A stretch of DNA of 64,000 bases from Eledone cirrhosa. Its lineage: Eukaryota. Positions within the stretch are counted from its first letter, which is position 1. Each line of letters begins with the position of its first letter. Positions 28,388-41,948 of the stretch are shown here, piece after piece. Both the position numbers and the translations under genes were made by a program. The DNA lies in assembly GCA_964016885.1 (NCBI GenBank), contig OZ024740.1:158968001-159032000 (forward strand). Direction: 5' to 3'. Below the pieces are notes generated by a model, which worked only from the letters and a program-made list of their open reading frames with translations, had not been told where the DNA came from and did not search any database.

Positions 28388-29244
28388 CGAGGTGTGTCAG
28401 AAAAGTTCCAGGACTGATGTCACAAAAGATATATTTCAAACCCAAACATCACACTAAGAGTTTTCTCCTTCAAAGTAATCGCCTTGGAGTCTAATGCACT
28501 TTTCCACCCTTTTCTGCCACGCAGTTCTGTCGTCACGGCCTTTTTGATGTCGTCCACGTCTTCAGAACGGATCCCCTCCGGGTCGTACTCGAAGATCCAT
28601 GACTCATCACTGGTGATGACTGTCCCTAGCAAGTCTGGTTCGGTTTCAAGACGCTCGAGGATGTCCTGGCACACTTGCATGCGGCGACCCTTCTGGTCAT
28701 AGTTCAGCAGTTTTGGCACCATCTTCGCGCAGACTTTCCGCATGTCCAAATCTTCAGTGAGAATCTTCCAGACGCTGTCCCGATTCATGCCCAGCCCATT
28801 TGCCTTCAGTCGAACAGTCAGCCGACGATCGCTATGCACCATCTGCCTGACGCGCTCAACGTTGACCTCAGTCCTAGTTGTTGAGGGCCTTCCGTTCCTG
28901 GGGTTATCTTCCACGTCCTAGCGTCCTTCTTTAAACCTCTTGCACCACTCAAAAATATGTGAGCTTAACATCGTCTCATCTCCATACACTTGCTCCAGCA
29001 ATCCCAGTACTTCTGACAGAGTTTTCAAGTTTGTTCGTTGCTCTGTGCTCATTGCTTGACGACTTGAAACAGAGGACATGTATATAAAATTACGAAAGAA
29101 AAAAGTTTGATCGCTGCAGAGAGCTAAGAGTACAGTTACATATTCCAGGGGGATTACTTTAAAGGAGAAAACTCTTAGTGTGAAGTCTGGGTTTTAAATA
29201 AATCTTTTGTGATATCAGTCCTGGAACTTTCCTGACACACCTCG
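28388..29244 (-). mobile_element. Internally deleted mariner transposon
   Basis: TIR CGAGGTGTGTCAGAAAAGTTCCAGGACTG / CAGTCCTGGAACTTTCCTGACACACCTCG. Transposase pieces EDNPRNGRPST, DRRLTVR, KVCAKMVPKLL, ITSDESWIFEYDPE. Confidence 0.88.
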
Positions 29245-29416
29245 AATATATATATATATATATATATTGTTATACTTTGGGAGGGTCATGTTGCCAATAA
29301 GAAACACACGCACCAGTTGCTTTCACTTCAATTTATTATAATAAATTTATAATAAATATATAAATTTATAAATTTCTGGTTGGTTGGTTCCACAACCAGA
29401 TAGTTGTTTATATATT

Positions 29417-29459
29417 GTCATAGTTCTTTCGTCACACACTCTGTGACCTCTTCAGTGAC
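29417..29459 (-). ncRNA. Minimal hammerhead ribozyme
   Basis: Minus: gtca CTGAAGA g gtcaca gagtg tgtgac GAAA gaac TA tgac. Confidence 0.75.
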
Positions 29460-29663
29460 TGGGGATTCCTTTCTTTGTTTTTGTGCCTCTCCTTTGTTCT
29501 GTCCTACGCCATTTTGTTTCTGTGTGTGTGTTGTGTGCTCAGTCTGCGCATGCGCCACATCCGGGTGTCTGTGTGTGTTTATGTTCATTTATTTATTTGT
29601 TTATTTTACATGTTACTGGTTGGTTGTTTGTTCTATGTGTGTGTGTGTGTATTCATTTTGTCC

Positions 29664-30516
29664 TTAATTGTAAGTTGTGATTTTTCTGTTCCACTCATAT
29701 TTTCTATTTAATTTTGGTTGTAATTCTTTTATGTTTATTGCCTCTGTGATTTGTCTAAACATTGCGTCTTTTCTGTGTGTAGATTCTATTTTTATTTCTG
29801 TGTTCTCTAATTTACCCTTATGTTCTATTTTAGCATGTTGGTAGAGTACAGATGATTCTTTACTATCTTGAAGGTCTCGCCAGTGTTCATTTATCCGTTC
29901 CCCTACACTACGAGCTGTCTCACCTATGTACACTATATTTTTGTCTCTACATTGTCCTTCAGTACATCTTATGCTATACACTACATTTCTAGTTTTACAG
30001 TTAATATGGGGGCTTATTTTACAGGTTATACATTTCTTATCTATACATGAGGGTCTTTGAAAAGGGTATGTCTTGCTAATAAGTGTTTTTACGGAGGTAC
30101 CTGGTCTTTCTACTATCTTAATATTGAGTTTATGTTTATCTAGGGCCCTTCTAAATTTGTAAGCTAATTCACCTCTAGGGGTTGTATCGATGAACATTAC
30201 ACTCTGGTATTTATTGCTATCATACCATGAGTTTATTCTATTAGCCTTGTTCCTAGTTCTTTCTCTTCTATTCCAAAATTTGCTCCTATACAAGGGGCAG
30301 GTCCCATTTATATCATTATTTACCATTTTTTCCCATTTGGTTCTGGCTCCTCTATACACTCTGATTTTATCTCTCTGATTGTAGCCAGAGAACTGCATAC
30401 GGTGGATGAAGTGTTGTATGTGTCTCTCTAGTTCTCCGGGGTTGCACATGCGGGACACGTTTCTCATCACCCGTACCAAATCCGCAATCAGTATGTTGAT
30501 TTTGGTATGGTCCGAA
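29664..30516 (-). CDS. PLE RT thumb + Cys-rich linker + GIY-YIG endonuclease (open, 5'-truncated)
   Basis: RMQFSGY, C.DKKCITC...NCKTRNVVYSIRC, YIGETARSVGERINEH, LNRKYEW; the linker resembles Nematis/Neptune-type PLEs. Confidence 0.85.
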
Positions 30517-30616
30517 TAAATTTGAAGACTAAAATCCAAAGAGGGCTCGATAAGGATAAATATATATCAAATATATAAGAACCATAGAGCAAATATTTAT
30601 TAAAATAACAGATTAA

Positions 30617-30667
30617 AGTTTAAGCAAAGAATCGCTGCTTTCACCCTTAACGGGATCTTCTGAAACT
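30617..30667 (-). ncRNA. Hammerhead-like motif with U4A core variant
   Basis: Minus: agttt CAGAAGA t ccc gttaa ggg t GAAA gca gcgattctt tgc TT aaact. Confidence 0.6.
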
Positions 30668-30734
30668 GACAAAGTCAATCTGTAAACGCAGAAGTGAATA
30701 TTTGGATATATATATAATATATATATAATTCTAA

Positions 30735-30833
<99 letters not shown>

Positions 30834-31380
30834 TGTGTGTGTATGTGTGTGTGCGCGCGCACTCGTACAAACACACACGAGTGTGTTCAACTACAGTAGC
30901 GGAAGGGACGACGGAGGTAGTTCATGGTCAGAAGTGATTGGATCTAACCGCATATCACTAGTTTCAAGCTTATTAGTTATCGTCAGCAACGTATACCTGC
31001 CTGCCAGATGATTGAACGTCTGAAAGTATATACTTTCCTTATGCATATTAACGGTTGAGTAGCCTAATTTGCATATCGAGTGAGTTAATCGGCCGGGGTA
31101 CCGAAAACGATAAATTAAAAAAATGAAACGAAATTTCATTTCTCACTCTTAGTACGGCTGTTACTTAAATATAAGTATGTATACGTACATACATATATGT
31201 ATACAGGCGTACAGTAGTATGTATATCTATATATACATACATAGACACATATATATATGTACGTATGGATTTACCGAACATTTATTATAATGCTCGGTGT
31301 GTTTGTAAACCAACATCCCGAATTAAGCCGTACAGTGTCTAGCAACCATCGTTGCTCATTTGTTCAACACTGGCAAAGGA

Positions 31381-31423
31381 ACGCTGTACTAGTTTCAAGC
31401 TTATTAGCTATCGTCAGCAACGT
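31381..31423 (-). ncRNA. Minimal type I hammerhead ribozyme
   Basis: Minus: acgttg CTGACGA t agct aata agct t GAAA CTAG TA cagcgt. Confidence 0.85.
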
Positions 31424-31657
31424 ATACCTTCCTGCCAGATGATTGAACGTCTGAAAGTATATACTTTCCTTATGCATATTGAAGGCTGAGCAGCCTAATT
31501 TGCATATCGAATGAGTTAATCGGCCGGGGTACCGAAAACGATAAACGGAAAAAATGAAACGAAATTTCATTTCTCACTCTTAGTACGGCTGTTACTTAAA
31601 TATATGTATGTATACGTACATACATATATGTATACAGACGTACAGTAGTATGTATAT

Positions 31658-32265
31658 GGTGGCTGCCAACTCGTTTTCGAGTACGGCCACTACTTTATAT
31701 CCATGTAGGAGAACCCCTACCGATGCGCTGAACGAGTGTGACTTTTTAGTCCAGCCAGTGACTTGAAAACTCTGGTACAAACACTACACTTGTGACAATT
31801 ACTGACACATAGTGCTGGGCCCATGGTACCATGTGACGACAAGTGCAGAGAGATCTCCAGATATAAAGCAATGCCTGTGCCGTGAAGCTTTTATAGTGAG
31901 CAAAGGCACTGCACAAAGCCAGTCCCACTCTCTTAACCAAGATGATATTTACCAAAAAGAAGAACAAGTCAACATCATTGGATACCATCAGGGTTGCAGG
32001 TGTTATATCAGAGTTTTCCTTCTCCTAGAATTCTGCCTTGACAAAGGCTAAGGGGTCATCTCTCCCGGTGATTTTGGATGGCCATTGACTCTTAAGAGCT
32101 CCTTTGCCCTTTGACAGGTTTTGTTTTTAGTCCTGCAGGATGTCCAAAGTCACCCTCCTCACCAAGAAACCTTGGTGGGTTTGCCAGTTTAGTCGCCAAC
32201 GACCCGACCATGGGACAGGTTGTACTGGGATACATGTTACCAGTAGCACCAACTGGTGACCTGAC
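31658..32265 (-). mobile_element. 608-bp non-autonomous RTE derivative (copy 1)
   Basis: 5'UTR-like CTAGGAGAAGGAAAACTCTG motif. The 3' part encodes a C2H2 finger CSVCTRVFKSLAGLKSHTRSAHR* (stop 31717-31719). Near-identical copy at 39028-39635. Confidence 0.75.
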
Positions 32266-32403
32266 ATACATACATGCACACATATATATATGTGGTACCC
32301 CGGCCGATTAACTCACTCGATATGCAAATTAGGCTGCTCAGCCGTTAATATGCATTAGGAATGTATATACTTTCAGACGTTCAATCATCTGGCAGGAAGG
32401 TAT

Positions 32404-32446
32404 ACGTTGCTGACGATAGCTAATAAGCTTGAAACTAGTACAGCGT
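32404..32446 (+). ncRNA. Minimal type I hammerhead ribozyme
   Basis: acgttg CTGACGA t agct aata agct t GAAA CTAG TA cagcgt. Confidence 0.85.
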
Positions 32447-32910
32447 TCCTTTGCCAGTGTTGAACAAATGAGTAACGATGGTTGCTAGACACTGTACGGC
32501 TTAATTCAGGATGTTTGTTTACAAACACACCGAGCATTATAATAAATATTCGGTGAATCCATACGTACATATATACATGTGTTGTGTGCATGTATATATA
32601 TATATATACATACTACTGTACGTCCGTATACATATATGTATGTACGTATACATACATATATTTAAATAACAGCCGTTTCATTTTTTCCGTTTATCGAATA
32701 AGAATAAAGGAACGAAAAGTCAGGTTCGATCAATAATAGATCGTTCTTCGAATTGATCGACAGTGAAACATATGTAATATGTTATTAAATATGTTATGGT
32801 GCAACACTAACCCTTTTTACTTTTATTCTTATACTATTATACTCTGCCCTTCGCGAGCAGAGTACTGACCCGGAAATCGCCTACTGACGCAATTTTCTTG
32901 CACCGATACA

Positions 32911-32982
<72 letters not shown>

Positions 32983-34357
32983 GTATAATAGTATAAGAAT
33001 AAAAGAACAACTTAAGTGAATTATTTTTCATCTTAACATCATATGGACAAAAAACTATCTGATTGGTTAGTTCTTCAGCTACCTCTAAATAAGGTTATAG
33101 AACTAAACTTACTACTAATTTACTACTAATTTTGAATAAAATTATTATTGCTTTTGACAACAGCTGGTGAAATGCATGTAAGTAAATATTTTCCTTATCT
33201 GATATTTTGTAACTAACCTTACATAGATCGTTAACGAAGTATAGTTACGATGTATTAACATCTCCTAGATCCCACTCCAACCCCACCTTTTTCTCTAATC
33301 ACCCAGTCAAATTCCTCAATAGCTGCCATAAACCAATACTTACACACATGATGTCATGATACTATTACACTTCTTACATGACCTCTTTTCTATTCACACT
33401 CCCCAGCTTTAAGTATCACCATTTTGCCAGATTGACTTTTTCACGACCAACACCAGATATTAATCTGTTGAGGAGTGTCAACACTGCATAGTTTGTATCT
33501 GCTCGGAAGTGCTGATACCATGATAAAACGAACCCGGCTCACTCTGTAGAGGGCAGAAACGTATACGAGAAACCAGCAACTCCGATTATGTACCAACTTT
33601 GTCTGTACTTACTAGCAAGGAAAACGGATGTTAAATGATGATGATGAGGATATATATAGTACGGTAGTACTACAGACACAAAATACACACATGCACAGAC
33701 TCACCCACACGCAGTAATATATAGGAAGACTTTAGGGACGCTTTATACAGGGAATTAGTAATGTATTGGTCAGCCAGGCTTTCACCCTGGGAAAGTGATA
33801 AACTGTCTGATCTTTTACACCTTTAATTTCTGTAGGATTACGAATCCCATACGTGATCGACGTTTAAACCACACCGGTCCCAAATCATGAAATCCCAAGC
33901 CAGCGTACTTTCGCTTTGCAAAATCAAGTAGTTATAAAAAGCTATCATAGAAACAAGAACACATCGAACACCTCATTACATATTTATCGAGAAAATTCAA
34001 CTCTATACGATGTGAACATCATTGCCCGAAGGATCGTGTAAATTGCTTAGCTAGTTCAAATGTCAAGGGAAATAACACTGCATTTAGTGGAGACATTTGT
34101 CCGCAATCAAACATCGTTATATACTGTTCCTTAGTGCCAGTCCATAAGTTCATGTAATTATAATTATACATTATCCTGCAGGGAATAACAACCGTGTTTA
34201 TAATTACGTTGCATATGTAAATTATTATATCTAATCTGATCTATCCGTGGAACTAACTATACTTATAGAAACTAAGGTGGACTACAACACACGCACACAC
34301 ATGCACACATATGCACACACGCATCTACATATGTAAATACATACATACATAGATATA

Positions 34358-34483
<126 letters not shown>

Positions 34484-34622
34484 AGTAAGAATATTTTCGA
34501 AACAGCGAGTTGGTTTGAAATTATTAGAAATGTAAGCTATCGCCGTATTTTGACTAAAGAAATTAAATAAAAATTATTTAGCCTGATAGTGGGGTTAAGA
34601 ACCCTCGGAGAAATGGAAAAAG

Positions 34623-34656
<34 letters not shown>

Positions 34657-34796
34657 GTTTAATATAGAGATCGCTTCTACGAGACTAGAAGGAAACAGTT
34701 CTAGCCCTGTAGAAGCCATTTGTGTATTAAATTTTGTATATACTCTACTAATGTACTGAGTACCTTCCTTTGGTTACCCTCCGATTGAACTCGGGA

Positions 34797-34871
<75 letters not shown>

Positions 34872-34968
34872 AAATGAAGTAATTCCGTTGGAAAAGTCCA
34901 GGAAAAAAGAGTGCTCTATGTAGGTAACAGAGCTTAATAGTTATGTAATAAACAACATAAGGCAATTA

Positions 34969-35028
34969 TTCCATTTACCAGTGGTTTCTTAAAAGCAAAG
35001 AATTTTGCTTTCAATCATCAGAATGAAA
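34969..35028 (-). ncRNA. Type I hammerhead ribozyme
   Basis: Minus: tttcatt CTGATGA ttgaaagcaaa attc tttgcttttaa GAAA cca c tgg TA aatggaa. 11-bp stem II, quasi-palindromic stem III. Confidence 0.85.
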
Positions 35029-35138
35029 AAATCCTGGTGTATTTATTGATATTGGATTCTAAAAACAAAAATGCAATCTATATGAAAGTGAGGCTGGAGA
35101 AGGAAGAAGGAAAGGAAAAATAAAATAAAAACACTCAT

Positions 35139-35227
<89 letters not shown>

Positions 35228-35605
35228 TATATACATACACACACATATATATATATACATACACACATACACAGATATACACATATATATGTGTACATAT
35301 ATACATACACATACATATACACATACATACATACACACATAAATATCAACATATCCATACATACACATACATATATACAACCACACACATATATATACAT
35401 ATATATATAGAAATATAAATACATATATATATATACATACACATACACATACGTAGCCATACACACATACATATACATACATATATACATACACACGATC
35501 ATACGTATATACACACTACATACATACACATACATACACACACTCTCACACATAAATATACATATACAAATACATAAACACATACATACGCATACACAAA
35601 TACAT

Positions 35606-35636
<31 letters not shown>

Positions 35637-35661
35637 CATATATACATATATATACACACAC

Positions 35662-35742
<81 letters not shown>

Positions 35743-36094
35743 CATATATATATATATATATATACACACACATACATACATAGCCATACAATTATACACA
35801 TACAAATACGTACATATCACAAACACGCACAACCAAATACAAACACACACACATATATATATGTGTGTAAAACTCATTCTTAGATAATTCATATGAACCT
35901 TATTTAACTTTAAAATATACATATATATATATACAGTATTTACGTATCGAGAAAGAGAAAAAAGGGGAGGATAGGTGATACATATAGTTATTTGCCAAGT
36001 AGCGTATGCCAAAGGTGCTCGATACTAGTGCCGGCAGTATTAAATATTCGAAGTGTTAATATTTAGTGGGCTAGAGAGTTAGCAGAGCGTAAGC

Positions 36095-37401
36095 ACGTGG
36101 GAAAGTAAAAAATCGGAGAATAGACCGTTAAAACATATTTATTTAAAACAGCACCTACGTACGTTTCGCCCAGTTGGGCTTCTCAAAAATTCTTAATAGG
36201 AACAATATAAAAATATCCTTCTCTACTACTCCTAACCTAGCAGACATCATAAGAACAACGAACCACAGTAAGATCACCAAGACACAGCACCTCGACACAG
36301 ACGCACCTACACCTGACAATAACTATATCGGCCTTAACAAATCGTTGGCAGCATCCAATAGTGTTGGCAACGGCATCCGCAGACGCAACCAGCATAACTG
36401 CGAAATGACTGGGGAACATGCAGGACATGACGGGCGGAATAACAATGGCACCATCCCGCGCGCGGTGGGTTGTAATGGTGCTAACGACAGCTGCGGTAGC
36501 GTAGGTAACAACGTAGGCAGCAACAATGATAGCTTTACCGTGGGAAATAGACGGAACCGCGACAGAAATTGCAACTGCCGCGACAGAGGACGCTGCCCCC
36601 TTAGAGGATACTGCTTGACTGATAGGGTTATATATAGATGCACTATTACTAGCCACAATAGCGTTAAACATTATATAGAGGCTACCTCCGGCCCGTTCAA
36701 AATTAGGTGTCGAACACATCTCCACTCTTTCACAAATAGAAAACTAAGGCACTCCACTTCGCTCGCGGACTACATCACATCACTAAAGGACTTAAACATC
36801 AGCTTCTCCACGCACTGGGAGATTGTCGGCAGGGCTGCACCGTACAACTTCAAGAGGAAATGCGATCTTTGCCTCATGGAGCTCTACCACATCATAACTG
36901 CACCCCACGAGCTCATCAACAGCAGAGCTGAAACAGCGATAAGTTGTACACATCGCTTAAAAGTATCCTTCTTCAGATGGGTATTCTTCAGATGGGTATT
37001 CTTCAGATGAGGAGTGAAACCGTACACCGGATCTCACTGCAACAAGTCTTAACACCCCGGCGGGCAGGCGCTGCAAAATAACACCGAGGAAACTATCCTT
37101 GCATACCAGACCCAGCCTCAGACAAACAGATGCGGCAAAAAAAAAAAAAATGTCCGGGAAAGACTGCCCTAACACCGGCCAGAGTTACCTCCCTTGACCT
37201 GCTGCAAAATCAAAACAAGATATTTTTGCGAGCAATGAACCTTGATGTGGATTTAACCCCCAAAACTCTTTCCGAGCAATATAAGGAACACTTGTGATTA
37301 TTTATGCCCTTCAGAAGCCCAACTGGGCGAAACGTACGTAGGTGCTGTTTTAAATAAACATGTTTTAACGGTATATTCTCCGATTTTGTACTTTCCCACG
37401 T
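36095..37401 (+). mobile_element. Penelope-like element 3' fragment with inverted termini; GIY-YIG ORF 36174-37010
   Basis: NRNNIKISFS, CNCRDRGRCPLRGYC, VIYRC..HYIEAT..FKIR, CDLCLME, LINSRAE..C.H. 36095-36183 is inverted at 37313-37401 and carries GCCC AACT GGGC GAAA CGTACG TA. Confidence 0.82.
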
Positions 37402-37523
37402 ATATATAATATATATATATATATATACACACATACACATACATACACATACATACTAACATACACATATATACACATATATACACCAACACCCACATAT
37501 ATACATACACATACGTATGCATA

Positions 37524-37591
<68 letters not shown>

Positions 37592-37600
37592 TATATAACT

Positions 37601-37647
<47 letters not shown>

Positions 37648-37828
37648 AAAGAACATAAAATTGGGAATACGACAAATAATAAATAAAAAAATATATATTT
37701 AGAAAAGGGTATAAATGCCCATAGCAGACTTAGAGCACTCAACAAGTTCCTGGAGCAAAAGATCAATGAAAATAATCATCAAATCACTATATGTAATGAT
37801 GTACATACATACACCCTTATACATATAT

Positions 37829-37917
<89 letters not shown>

Positions 37918-38001
37918 AATATATATACATACACACACACAAAAAAAAATCAAACCACAGATATACAAACACACATACAATTACGTATATATACATACAT
38001 A

Positions 38002-38085
<84 letters not shown>

Positions 38086-38353
38086 TATACACACACACAC
38101 ACATAGGAAAAAGTCTGACCCTACGGCAGAGCTCAAGCCTTTTCTGAGGCTATTATATAAAAACACACAACACCATTATATAAAAAATTAATATCTAAAA
38201 ATAAAAAAAATAGGGGGGAAAAAGAGGGGGGAAAATGACATAGAAAAAGGTTTAAATATAAGGGGAGATAAGGGAGAAAGAGAATACAAGAGTACAGAAC
38301 GTGGATTCAGCAGGTAAAAAAACCGCAGTAGAAGTAAAGAGCAGAGAAGGAGT

Positions 38354-38998
38354 TCAATGTGGTTGGGTTATCATAGGAGTGTCAATCCAGTTACAGATCA
38401 GGTGTGATTTCAGATGAGGACAACATCTGAAGATCTCGGTCTTTGAGTTCAGGCAAGCAGAAGTGGCTTTCAAGTTTAGCAAAATCCTATATTTTTCTGT
38501 GGTACACAAAGAACAATTCTTTGTGCCACTTTGGTACTCCCTCGAATGGTCTAAAATAGACCAATCGATAGAGTACGGGATGTTTTTATCCTTGAATTCC
38601 CACACCTTACTTGCGAGGGCCGTTGTTGTTCGTTTATCGGAGTGCTTAAAAGAAGCGACATGTGCATAAAACCTGGTTTTAAACCTGTCCTGGGTCATGC
38701 CGACATATCGCTAACTCCTGGCTGGCTGGTTGTTGATTAAAAGTGTTACTTTAGCCTCATAAACAACAGATTTGGTGTTACATTTGCCCTGCAATGGGCA
38801 TTCATCCGGCTTCCTGCAACTGCATCCTGGATTTGTTCTCGTATGATTTGAATTAGTGATCTTGGACTTCATAGCTGGGCAACAAGAGTAACTGATCTTA
38901 ACTACATTCCTATTAAATATCTTATAATATCTATGATTAGGAGGAAAATGTTTATCTAAGAGTTCAAGGAATTTCCTTCCTACATTAGTTTTGACAGT
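38354..38998 (-). pseudogene. PLE GIY-YIG endonuclease fragment (one TAG stop)
   Basis: [77 protein letters not shown]. Confidence 0.85.
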
Positions 38999-39027
38999 TA
39001 TGTATATATATACATACATACATACAT

Positions 39028-39635
39028 GGTGGCTGCCAACTCGTTTGCGAGTACGGCCACTACTTTATATCCATGTAGGAGAACCCCTACCGATGCGCTG
39101 AACGAGTGTGACTTTTTAGTCCAGCCAGCGACTTGAAAACTCTGGTACAAACACTACACTTGTGACAATTACTGACACATAGTGCTGGGCCCATGGTACC
39201 ATGTGACGACAAGTGCAGAGAGATCTCCAGATATAAAGCAATGCCTGTGCCGTGAAGCTTTTATAGTGAGCAAAGGCACTGCACAAAGCGAGTCCCACTC
39301 TCTTAACCAAGATGATATTTACCAAAAAGAAGAACAAGTCAACATCATTGGATACCATCAGGGTTGCAGGTGTTATATCAGAGTTTTCCTTCTCCTAGAA
39401 TTCTGCCTTGACAAAGGCTAAGGGGTCATCTCTCCCGGTGATTTTGGATGGCCATTGACTCTTAAGAGCTCCTTTGCCCTTTGACAGGTTTTGTTTTTAG
39501 TCCTGCAGGATGTCCAAAGTCACCCTCCTCACCAAGAAACCTTGGTGGGGTTGCCAGTTTAGTCGCCAACGACCCGACCATGGGACAGGTTGTACTGGGA
39601 TACATGTTACCAGTAGCACCAACTGGTGACCTGAC
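39028..39635 (-). mobile_element. 608-bp non-autonomous RTE derivative (copy 2) in (CATA)n
   Basis: Near-identical to 31658-32265; absent at the paralogous site 41500-41580. Confidence 0.78.
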
Positions 39636-39721
39636 ATACATACATACATACATACATACATACATACATACATACATACATACATACATACATACATACA
39701 TACATACATACATACATACAT

Positions 39722-39770
<49 letters not shown>

Positions 39771-40093
39771 AATATTTATAAGTCGTTTGGAAGCCTCGAC
39801 AATGCAAATGGGTAAATCTCCGGGTAACAAGGTCCGGTGGTGGAGAGAGAGATATGTAAGTGGGTGTACGTTGAGATGCGTGGTGTGTATAAGATGTGTG
39901 AGATGTGTAGAACGAAGGGAAGAGTAAAAGAATAAAAATAATAATAACAACACAAGAGAGAGAGTTACCTTGGGAGAGATTTAATAGTCCCTATATATTT
40001 CGGATTCACATCCATCAACTGGGGTTTTTTCCGGGGTGGGGGAAAAGGTTGTCTGTCGGACAACTCGGAACGCGTCTTTCGCTGTCTGTTGAT

Positions 40094-40164
<71 letters not shown>

Positions 40165-40343
40165 AAAGAACATAAAATTGGGAATACGACAAATAATAAA
40201 TAAAAAAATATATATTTAGAAAAGGGTATAAATGCCCATAGCAGACTTAGAGCACTCAACAAGTTCCTGGAGCAAAAGATCAATGAAAATAATCATCAAA
40301 TCACTATATGTAATGATGTACATACATACACCCTTATACATAT

Positions 40344-40422
<79 letters not shown>

Positions 40423-40506
40423 AATATATATACATACACACACACAAAAAAAAATCAAACCACAGATATACAAACACACATACAATTACGTATATATACA
40501 TACATA

Positions 40507-40582
<76 letters not shown>

Positions 40583-40850
40583 TATACACACACACACACA
40601 TAGGAAAAAGTCTGACCCTACGGCAGAGCTCAAGCCTTTTCTGAGGCTATTATATAAAAACACACAACACCATTATATAAAAAATTAATATCTAAAAATA
40701 AAAAAAATAGGGGGGAAAAAGAGGGGGGAAAATGACATAGAAAAAGGTTTAAATATAAGGGGAGATAAGGGAGAAAGAGAATACAAGAGTACAGAACGTG
40801 GATTCAGCAGGTAAAAAAACCGCAGTAGAAGTAAAGAGCAGAGAAGGAGT

Positions 40851-41497
40851 TCAATGTGGTTGGGTTATCATAGGAGTGTCAATCCAGTTACAGATCAGGT
40901 GTGATTTCAGATGAGGACAACATCTGAAGATCTCGGTCTTTGAGTTCAGGCAAGCAGAAGTGGCTTTCAAGTTTAGCAAAATCCTATATTTTTCTGTGGT
41001 ACACAAAGAACAATTCTTTGTGCCACTTTGGTACTCCCTCGAATGGTCTAAAATAGACCAATCGATAGAGTACGGGATGTTTTTATCCTTGAATTCCCAC
41101 ACCTTACTTGCGAGGGCCGTTGTTGTTCGTTTATCGGAGTGCTTAAAAGAAGCGACATGTGCATAAAACCTGGTTTTAAACCTGTCCTGGGTCATGCCGA
41201 CATATCGCTAACTCCTGGCTGGCTGGTTGTTGATTAAAAGTGTTACTTTAGCCTCATAAACAACAGATTTGGTGTTACATTTGCCCTGCAATGGGCATTC
41301 ATCCGGCTTCCTGCAACTGCATCCTGGATTTGTTCTCGTATGATTTGAATTAGTGATCTTGGACTTCATAGCTGGGCAACAAGAGTAACTGATCTTAACT
41401 ACATTCCTATTAAATATCTTATAATATCTATGATTAGGAGGAAAATGTTTATCTAAGAGTTCAAGGAATTTCCTTCCTACATTAGTTTTGACAGTTA
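40851..41497 (-). pseudogene. PLE GIY-YIG endonuclease fragment (duplicate)
   Basis: Identical to 38354-38998. Confidence 0.85.
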
Positions 41498-41551
41498 TGT
41501 ATATACATACATACATACATACATACATACATACATACATACATACATACA

Positions 41552-41625
<74 letters not shown>

Positions 41626-41948
41626 AATATTTATAAGTCGTTTGGAAGCCTCGACAATGCAAATGGGTAAATCTCCGGGTAACAAGGTCCGGTGGTGGAG
41701 AGAGAGATATGTAAGTGGGTGTACGTTGAGATGCGTGGTGTGTATAAGATGTGTGAGATGTGTAGAACGAAGGGAAGAGTAAAAGAATAAAAATAATAAT
41801 AACAACACAAGAGAGAGAGTTACCTTGGGAGAGATTTAATAGTCCCTATATATTTCTGATTCACATCCATCAACTGGGGTTTTTTCCGGGGTGGGGGAAA
41901 AGGTTGTCTGTCGGACAACTCGGAACGCGTCTTTCGCTGTCTGTCGAT

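Larger units (their letters stand above)
29268..30516 (-). mobile_element. Penelope-like element 3' portion (second copy)
   Basis: Homologous to 26437-27683. Confidence 0.85.
30957..32697 (-). mobile_element. ~431-bp hammerhead tandem element with 5' inversion, interrupted by an RTE derivative
   Basis: 30957-31230 repeats at 31388-31657. 32293-32697 is inverted. Three hammerheads: 30957-30992 (partial), 31381-31423 and 32404-32446. Confidence 0.8.

Noticed and set aside
36966-37010. 15-bp triplication (FFRWV)x3; also small duplications at 6765-6837, 48041-48078 and 58610-58660
   Set aside because: Local slippage duplications in decaying elements.
38700-38716. In-frame stop in the GIY-YIG ORF as possible selenocysteine (Naiad-type PLE)
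   Set aside because: The codon is TAG, not TGA, and it is not at a conserved Cys.
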